From Candidatus Gottesmanbacteria bacterium RIFCSPHIGHO2_02_FULL_39_14 (GTDB taxonomy: Bacteria > Patescibacteriota > Microgenomatia > 2-02-FULL-39-11): a stretch of 41,938 nt of DNA. How positions within the stretch are numbered: the stretch's first letter is position 1; every line of letters starts with the position of its first letter. The stretch is taken from contig MFJM01000006.1 of assembly GCA_001779205.1 (NCBI GenBank), positions 10,327 through 52,264 of the forward strand, in the 5' to 3' direction. Position numbers and translations under genes: made by a program. The notes under the pieces are model-generated. The model did not search any database. It was not told where the DNA came from and saw only the letters and a program-made list of their open reading frames with translations. Positions 36,158 to 41,938 of the stretch are shown here, piece by piece.

Positions 36158-37018
36158 TTAGGAGAGTTTTAGAGCGGAAATAATCATGACAGCGGCAGCA
36201 GTGAAGCGAATGGCGTAAACTTTAAGGGTATGTTTCTCAAGGAGTTGGGGAGCAAATATTGAGAAGAGAAAAGCCATAATCATTGATACGGGTAAAGCTG
36301 TAATTGTTGTAGAGATACTAACATTTTCCGCATAAGCTTTATTTGCAGCGATAGTCCCTAAAGCTAAAGCGAGAGACATAGCAAATGTTGAACTGACACT
36401 ATTAAAAGTCAACTTTTTTAGATCTTTGATGAACAGCGGTGCGGTTGTCAGAAGGAATAATTGGGTAAATAAAGCGACGAACAGATTTACTTCCCAATAG
36501 CCATTATTAATTAGTGATTTATTTATAAAAATATTACTTATTGAGTAGAAGAAAGTGGAGGCAATGGCGATTCCGATTCCAAATGTAAAAAAGGATTTTA
36601 GTGTAAATTTTTCTTCTATACTTACAAACATACCTGCGATGAGTATTATTCCTACTAATCCCAACTGAAAAAAACTAAGTTTTTCGCCAAGAATTGCAAT
36701 ACCAAGAATAACGCCGAATGCAGTACGGAAATTAAATAGAGGAGAAAATACAGATATATCAAGTTTTGATAGTCCGATTATATACAATAATCCAAATAAA
36801 CTATAAAAAAACGAGGCAAAAAGTATATTTTCCCAGGTATTGGGTAATCCTACATGGTTTAATAAGGCCAGAAGAGCAGTAATACACAGGGAAAATAAAT
36901 TCCAGAAGAAATTAAATAACCAGATATTTTGAATAGCGTATTTTGAAGTAAGTTTTCCGATGATAGCAACAAGACCGAATAATATCGAAGCGATCCAGGC
37001 AAATGCTACAAACGACAT
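36158..37018 (-). CDS. EamA/DMT-family transporter
   Basis: About 10 TM helices; LDISVFSPL and ILGEKLS. Confidence 0.85.
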   Translation of the reverse strand: MSFVAFAWIASILFGLVAIIGKLTSKYAIQNIWLFNFFWNLFSLCITALLALLNHVGLPNTWENILFASFFYSLFGLLYIIGLSKLDISVFSPLFNFRTAFGVILGIAILGEKLSFFQLGLVGIILIAGMFVSIEEKFTLKSFFTFGIGIAIASTFFYSISNIFINKSLINNGYWEVNLFVALFTQLFLLTTAPLFIKDLKKLTFNSVSSTFAMSLALALGTIAANKAYAENVSISTTITALPVSMIMAFLFSIFAPQLLEKHTLKVYAIRFTAAAVMIISALKLS

Positions 37019-37088
37019 AATATGCCAATATTATCACAGGGATTGTTGTATTGAATAGCGCGGGAATTGTGCGATAATTAAAACTGTT

Positions 37089-38135
37089 ATGTATACGCCG
37101 AAGTATTCGATAACCAATAAAATTTTGAAAAATATCGGGATTGTGGAGGCATGTCGGGAGGTAATTGATAATGCGCCGCTTGTGCCCGCCTATGAAAAGA
37201 AGTTCCGGGAAGAAGCGATTATCAGAACGGTTCATCACGGAACCCATATTGAAGGAAATGAGTTGAATCTGACAGAGGCGGAGCAGGTGATTAAAGGGAA
37301 TCCGGTAGTGGCCAAAGACCGGGATATACAGGAAGTAATCAATTACCGCAATGTATTAAATTATCTTGATTATGTGGGTAAAGATGAGGCGGGCGGAAAA
37401 ATAACCGAGGAGGTAATAAAGAAAATTCATGCTTTAACGGTGGAAAAGATAATTCCATCCGAACAATGCGGTGTTTACCGCAAAACCCAGGTGGTGGTTA
37501 AAAATACGGTAACAGGGGAGATTACCTTCCGGCCGCCACCGGCAATTGAGGTATTATACCTGATGGGTGATTTTGTTGAATGGTGTGATAAGACAGATAA
37601 AGAAGAATTACATCCGGTTATGAAAGCAGGTATTACCCACTATGAGCTGGTTAGAATTCATCCTTTTATTGACGGTAACGGCAGAATGGCCAGAGCGGTG
37701 GCGACCTTAGTTCTTTTTCTGGAAAATTATAATATCAAGAAGTTTTTCTCTCTGGAAGAATATTTTGATAAAGATGCGGCACACTATTATGAATCATTAA
37801 GAACAGCGTCTGAGGGAGAATTAACCAGGTGGCTGGAGTATTTTACCTTAGGATTATCAATAGAACTGACCCGGATTAAGGAAAAAGTGCAAAGACTTTC
37901 TACTGATCTTCACCTGAAAGAGAAACTGGGCGGACAGCAGGTGTTTTTATCAGAAAGACAGATTGCCATAATGGAATATATTCAAAGAGTAGGATATTTA
38001 AGTAATGCCGGATTTGCAGACTTATTTCCCAAAATTTCGGAAGATACAATACTGCGGGATCTTCATGATCTTATTAAGAAGGGAATTATTCATAAAGAAG
38101 GCAAGACGAAAGCGGCTAAATACCTTTTAAAATAA
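37089..38135 (+). CDS. Fic-domain protein with C-terminal HTH
   Basis: HPFIDGNGRMAR, an inhibitory-helix-like GTHIEGN, and TILRDL..L at the C-terminus. Confidence 0.93.
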   Translation: MYTPKYSITNKILKNIGIVEACREVIDNAPLVPAYEKKFREEAIIRTVHHGTHIEGNELNLTEAEQVIKGNPVVAKDRDIQEVINYRNVLNYLDYVGKDEAGGKITEEVIKKIHALTVEKIIPSEQCGVYRKTQVVVKNTVTGEITFRPPPAIEVLYLMGDFVEWCDKTDKEELHPVMKAGITHYELVRIHPFIDGNGRMARAVATLVLFLENYNIKKFFSLEEYFDKDAAHYYESLRTASEGELTRWLEYFTLGLSIELTRIKEKVQRLSTDLHLKEKLGGQQVFLSERQIAIMEYIQRVGYLSNAGFADLFPKISEDTILRDLHDLIKKGIIHKEGKTKAAKYLLK

Positions 38136-38144
38136 TAAGATAAT

Positions 38145-39920
38145 ATGACGTTCAGGAAATTTGCGGAATTTTTCCGGAAACTGGCGGAAACTACTTTAAG
38201 AAATAAGATAACAATTATTCTGGCAGATTTATTTAAAGAAGCAAAACTTACGGAAATAGGCAAAATCTGTTACCTTTTGCAGGGTAGAGTTGCGCCTCTT
38301 TATGAAGCAGTCGAATTCGGGTTAGCCGATAAAATGATAATTAGAGCTATTGCCGAAGGATTGAACGTCAAAAGAGAAGAAGTCACAACACATTTTAAGA
38401 AAACAGGCGACTTGGGAATCACTATTGAGAAGTTAAAAGAGATAATTAATAAGAGAAAAGTTAATAAAAAAAAATTGAGCGTAGTGGAAGTTTATGAGGT
38501 TTTACATAAGATAGCCACAGCATCAGGGTCCGGGTCACAGGAAGTTAAGATAAAACTTTTAAGTGATTTAATAAAGGATTTGGATTCTTTATCCTGCCGT
38601 TATGTGGTACGTATTCCGATAGGGAAATTGAGATTGGGTTTTTCGGATATGACAATGTTGGATGCTTTGTCATGGATGTTAGACGAATCCAAGCGATATA
38701 GACCTGAAATAGAAAAAGCTTATAACGTAAGGCCGGATTTGGGGTTTATTGCGGAAACGGTTAAAGTAAAAGGTATTGCAGGGTTGACAGATATAAAGCC
38801 GAAAGTGGGTTCACCAATTCTGATGGCGAGGGCGGAAAGAATGACTTCGGGGGAGGATATTATAGAGAAAATAGGAAAGTGTGCTGTAGAGCCCAAGTAC
38901 GATGGGCTGAGATTACAGGGGCATCTTCAAACAACAAAAATATCTTTGTTCTCAAGAAATCTGGAGAATGTGACGCAAATGTATCCGGATATTGTTGAAG
39001 GAATGAAACAACAGCTAAAAGCGAATGAAGCCATAATTGAGGGTGAGGCTGTTGCCTACAATCCAAATACGGGTGAATATCTTCCGTTTCAGGAGACTGT
39101 ACAGAGAAAAAGAAAGTATGATATTGAGGCTTACGCCCGCGAGATACCATTAAAACTTTTCGCCTTTGAACTTTTATACAAAGACGGAAAAAATTACATA
39201 GGCAAGCCTTATATTGAAAGAAGAAGGCAACTAGAGAAAACAGTTGAGCGTGGGGAGACAATATTAGTTTCCCAGGAAGAAGTGGTGGATGATGTACGGA
39301 GGCTTGAGGAGATTTTTCAAGATGCGATCAGCCGCGGTTTGGAAGGGGTGATGGCTAAAAAGTTAAACGGAATTTACCGGGCAGGGTCGCGGGACTTCAC
39401 TTGGATTAAATATAAGAGAAGCTATGCGGGATCACTTTCGGATACGATTGATGCTGTGGTGATGGGTTATGATTTTGGACAGGGGAAGAGGACAGGTTTC
39501 GGGATAGGAGATTTTTTAATAGGAATTTATGATGAAAAGGATGAAAGATTTCTGACTGTTGCTAAAATCGGCACCGGACTTACAGATAGTGAATGGAAAA
39601 CGATAAAAGTGAGAAGTGATGAGTTAAAAGTTAAAGTTAAACCAAAAAATTATGAAGTGGATAAGATTATGGATTGTGATATTTGGATTGAGCCAAGAAT
39701 CGTTACAGAGATCAGGGCTGATGAAATAACCAGATCTCCGGTTCATACAGCTGGGAGAATTATGGGGCCGTCTAAATCCGGCAAGGCATTTGAGGTGAAA
39801 GAAGCGGGACTGGCCTTGAGGTTTCCAAGGTTGGAGAGATTCCGGGATGATAAAAAACCTGCGGATGCGACGACGTTAACGGAATTAAGAAAGATGTATG
39901 GGCAGCAAGGGAAGAAATAA
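38145..39920 (+). CDS. lig: ATP-dependent DNA ligase
   Basis: EPKYDGLR, EGE, EGVMAK, WIKYK, GTG.TD and LRFPR..R.RDDK motifs. Confidence 0.95.
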   Translation: MTFRKFAEFFRKLAETTLRNKITIILADLFKEAKLTEIGKICYLLQGRVAPLYEAVEFGLADKMIIRAIAEGLNVKREEVTTHFKKTGDLGITIEKLKEIINKRKVNKKKLSVVEVYEVLHKIATASGSGSQEVKIKLLSDLIKDLDSLSCRYVVRIPIGKLRLGFSDMTMLDALSWMLDESKRYRPEIEKAYNVRPDLGFIAETVKVKGIAGLTDIKPKVGSPILMARAERMTSGEDIIEKIGKCAVEPKYDGLRLQGHLQTTKISLFSRNLENVTQMYPDIVEGMKQQLKANEAIIEGEAVAYNPNTGEYLPFQETVQRKRKYDIEAYAREIPLKLFAFELLYKDGKNYIGKPYIERRRQLEKTVERGETILVSQEEVVDDVRRLEEIFQDAISRGLEGVMAKKLNGIYRAGSRDFTWIKYKRSYAGSLSDTIDAVVMGYDFGQGKRTGFGIGDFLIGIYDEKDERFLTVAKIGTGLTDSEWKTIKVRSDELKVKVKPKNYEVDKIMDCDIWIEPRIVTEIRADEITRSPVHTAGRIMGPSKSGKAFEVKEAGLALRFPRLERFRDDKKPADATTLTELRKMYGQQGKK

Positions 39921-39927
39921 TTAAAAA

Positions 39928-40629
39928 ATGAAGATAACTATCACAATACCGGCATATAATGAGGAAAAATACATAGGAAAGACGCTTGATTCGGTTAAAA
40001 AATTAAAGAAGGGTGATTGGACAGAGGAGGTATTAGTGATTGACGGGGGGTCGTCGGATAAAACAAGGGAAATAGCTAAACAAAACGGTGTCAGAGTTAT
40101 TCATGAACCTCATAAAAGTATAGGTTTTGCAAGACAGCACGGTTTAAAACATGCCAAGGGAGACATAATTGCCTTTACGGATGCAGATACGATTTTGCCT
40201 CCTGATTGGTTATTAAAACATGTGGCAATATTAGAAAAATCCGGAGTAGTACTGTCTTTAGGAACTTTTAAGGTTTTTGACGGAAATTTTCCCTATTTAC
40301 AATATATTAATTATTTACAGGCTCCTCTTCAGTGGATTTCATTTGAACTTTTGGGTATTCCTGTTGCATCAGGACAAAATATGGCTTTCTGGAGGGAAAA
40401 GGCAATGGAGATCGGCGGCTTTGATATTAATCTCCGTTTGATTGAAGATGTTGATTTTGCCATCAGAATGAAAAAAGTCGGCAAGGTTGTTTTTTCATAT
40501 AACATGCCTGTTTTTTCATCGGGCCGCAGATCAAATGAGGGGTGGAGATTCTTCGCAAGAGGGGGAGGAGCCTTTGTAAAATACTTCTTGGGTGAAAGGA
40601 CTTTACCTAAATTTCCCGATTACAGATAG
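39928..40629 (+). CDS. GT2 glycosyltransferase
   Basis: IPAYNEE, DGGSSD, FTDAD, GGFD...ED and SSGRR motifs. Confidence 0.92.
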   Translation: MKITITIPAYNEEKYIGKTLDSVKKLKKGDWTEEVLVIDGGSSDKTREIAKQNGVRVIHEPHKSIGFARQHGLKHAKGDIIAFTDADTILPPDWLLKHVAILEKSGVVLSLGTFKVFDGNFPYLQYINYLQAPLQWISFELLGIPVASGQNMAFWREKAMEIGGFDINLRLIEDVDFAIRMKKVGKVVFSYNMPVFSSGRRSNEGWRFFARGGGAFVKYFLGERTLPKFPDYR

Positions 40630-40635
40630 ATCTTA

Positions 40636-41232
40636 ATGGAAATCCCTACAAATTATATTTTATCGATAAAACCAAAAGGATACCTTACTCAAGGATTAAG
40701 CCATTGTGGTGCCTTTTCGGTTAAGGCAATACTAAGTGCTTATGGACTGGATAATAAGACTCATCCAAAGAATTACCATCCCGTATGGATTGGTAAATTG
40801 ACAGGTTTAACTTTAGGAAAAAACTATTATGTAAATATTTTAAAATCCTATGGTGTTGATTCAGAAATAAAGACGGCAGAGAACTTGTCAAATAATGAGA
40901 GGTTAGACCTTCTTAAATCTCTGTTGGCTCAAGATACTCCTGTAATGGTCAGGATAGGAAACGGTTATATCCATAGCACTAAATATAACCCAATATTAGG
41001 CAGAATATTTATACATTGGATTACTTTATGGGGTTATGACGATAGGAAACAAATATTTTATGTATATGATTCTGCGATGTTAAAAAAACATTGGAGTAAG
41101 AATAATCCTATCGGGAATACGACGAGAACTTATAAGGAGATACTTAGAGATTGGAATTTCGGAAAGTGGCATCCTTTAAATTGGATAGTCATACCAAAAA
41201 ACTTTGTCTATATTAAAATCAAACAGAATTAG
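40636..41232 (+). CDS. C39-like cysteine peptidase
   Basis: Q...CG..S...IL..YG; HW..L.GYD.....YVYDS gives a Cys-His-Asp triad. Confidence 0.75.
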   Translation: MEIPTNYILSIKPKGYLTQGLSHCGAFSVKAILSAYGLDNKTHPKNYHPVWIGKLTGLTLGKNYYVNILKSYGVDSEIKTAENLSNNERLDLLKSLLAQDTPVMVRIGNGYIHSTKYNPILGRIFIHWITLWGYDDRKQIFYVYDSAMLKKHWSKNNPIGNTTRTYKEILRDWNFGKWHPLNWIVIPKNFVYIKIKQN

Positions 41233-41448
41233 AAAGTAAACTAATATTTGCTTATTACCGATTTCGTTTAAGTGGTGAATAGAATAATGAACTAACTAAT
41301 CCAGCTAGGCTAACTATAAACAGTAGGAAGCTAACACGTATTATTAATTGTAACAATTGAAATAATATCACTTTTTTTCATAATATCAGGAATGAGTTTT
41401 GTAAATTAATTGAAAAAGATATAATCATTGCGGATTTGTCTTAGCCTA

Positions 41449-41540
41449 TGTCATCCTGAACGAAGTGAAGGATCTCTCAATTTATTTGAGAAATATACTG
41501 GCATACGCCAGAGATTCTTCGGCTTCGCCTCAGAATGACA
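41449..41540. repeat. Empty palindromic element (left arm, two mini-hairpins, right arm)
   Basis: tgtcatcctgaacgaagtgaaggatctc ... gagattcttcggcttcgcctcagaatgaca. Confidence 0.85.
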
Positions 41541-41543
41541 AAT

Positions 41544-41938
41544 TGTCATCCTGAACGAAGTCAAGCTTAGCTTGATGAAGTGAAGGATCTCTGAACTTGT
41601 TTCAGATTTCATTTGATAGATTATTAAAATCAGGATTAATGGTTTTAATTAAAGCTATCTTTTTCTTTCTGGTCCAACCTTTGATTTTCTTTTCAAAAAC
41701 TATCGCTTCTTCTATATTTCTAAATTCAGTTAAATAGATTAATTTATTAAGATTATATTTTGAAGTAAAACCGGGAATTGATTTTAAACTATGCTCATTT
41801 ATTCTTCTTACTATATTATTGGTTACTCCTATATAAAGTTTATTGGATTTATTAGTCAGAATATAAACATAATAAGTCATTAATTAAAGTATCTCACATT
41901 CGTGAGAGATTCTTCCCCCGCTAAGCGGGGTCAGAATG
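41544..41938. mobile_element. Same palindromic element carrying a GIY-YIG gene between its arms
   Basis: Left arm at 41544-41591; right arm at 41906-41938, cut by the window end. Confidence 0.65.
41602..41880 (-). CDS. Small GIY-YIG nuclease
   Basis: YYVYILTN....LYIGVTNNI.RR..EH....GFT.KYN..KL.Y...AI..EK.IKGW.R.KK..LI...NP. Confidence 0.93.
   Translation of the reverse strand: MTYYVYILTNKSNKLYIGVTNNIVRRINEHSLKSIPGFTSKYNLNKLIYLTEFRNIEEAIVFEKKIKGWTRKKKIALIKTINPDFNNLSNEI

Noticed and set aside
29347-39920. Archaeal-type pyrH and ATP-dependent ligase as contamination or novelty
   Set aside because: Both are embedded among bacterial genes and, to my knowledge, are common in CPR genomes.
41250-41385. 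Short hydrophobic minus-strand reading (LIIRVSFLLFIVSLAGLVSSLF)
   Set aside because: The nearby ATG is in a different frame, and the segment is too short to call; at most a remnant.
1-41938. Genome-wide stop-codon reassignment (for example code 25)
   Set aside because: TGA, TAA and TAG all end conserved genes at the expected positions (trpE TGA, ftsH TAA, nnrD TAG).

Overview
AT-rich bacterial chromosome segment. The gene content points to a Patescibacteria/CPR organism, probably Microgenomates; this is inferred from the VirB2-like pilins, a VirB6-like membrane protein, several GT-C glycosyltransferases, a stand-alone PolA 5'-3' exonuclease, an archaeal-type UMP kinase and an ATP-dependent ligase. 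From left to right the window holds: (1) a pilin/glycosylation block; (2) ftsB-like gene, tRNA(CAT), PCD and initiator tRNA; (3) a tRNA-anchored variable region (6.3-10.4 kb) cut into cassettes by three degenerate copies of a tRNA-3'-end-like repeat, with non-nuclease cargo genes that all carry in-frame stops; (4) an FTR1 permease and an MBL hydrolase; (5) a complete trpEGDCFBA-trpS operon bracketed by two PIN toxin-antitoxin pairs; (6) housekeeping genes (ftsH, exonuclease, GT4, mutM, metK, pyrH, recF, nnrD); (7) an HTH-HATPase/STAS-like pair, three EamA transporters, a third TA pair, Fic, ligase, GT2 and a C39-like peptidase; (8) a GIY-YIG gene inside a palindromic element, next to an empty copy of that element. 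The strongest candidate for an undescribed system is the trp locus. It has a Trp T-box riboswitch with an ultrashort Stem I, a terminator that also hides the SD, a TrpB with substituted active-site motifs, and a TrpRS fused to a YbaK/ProX-type editing domain. The integrase-free tRNA cassette array and the in-frame REP-like insertions into heptamer repeats come next. All calls rest on motif recognition by eye; no searches were run.
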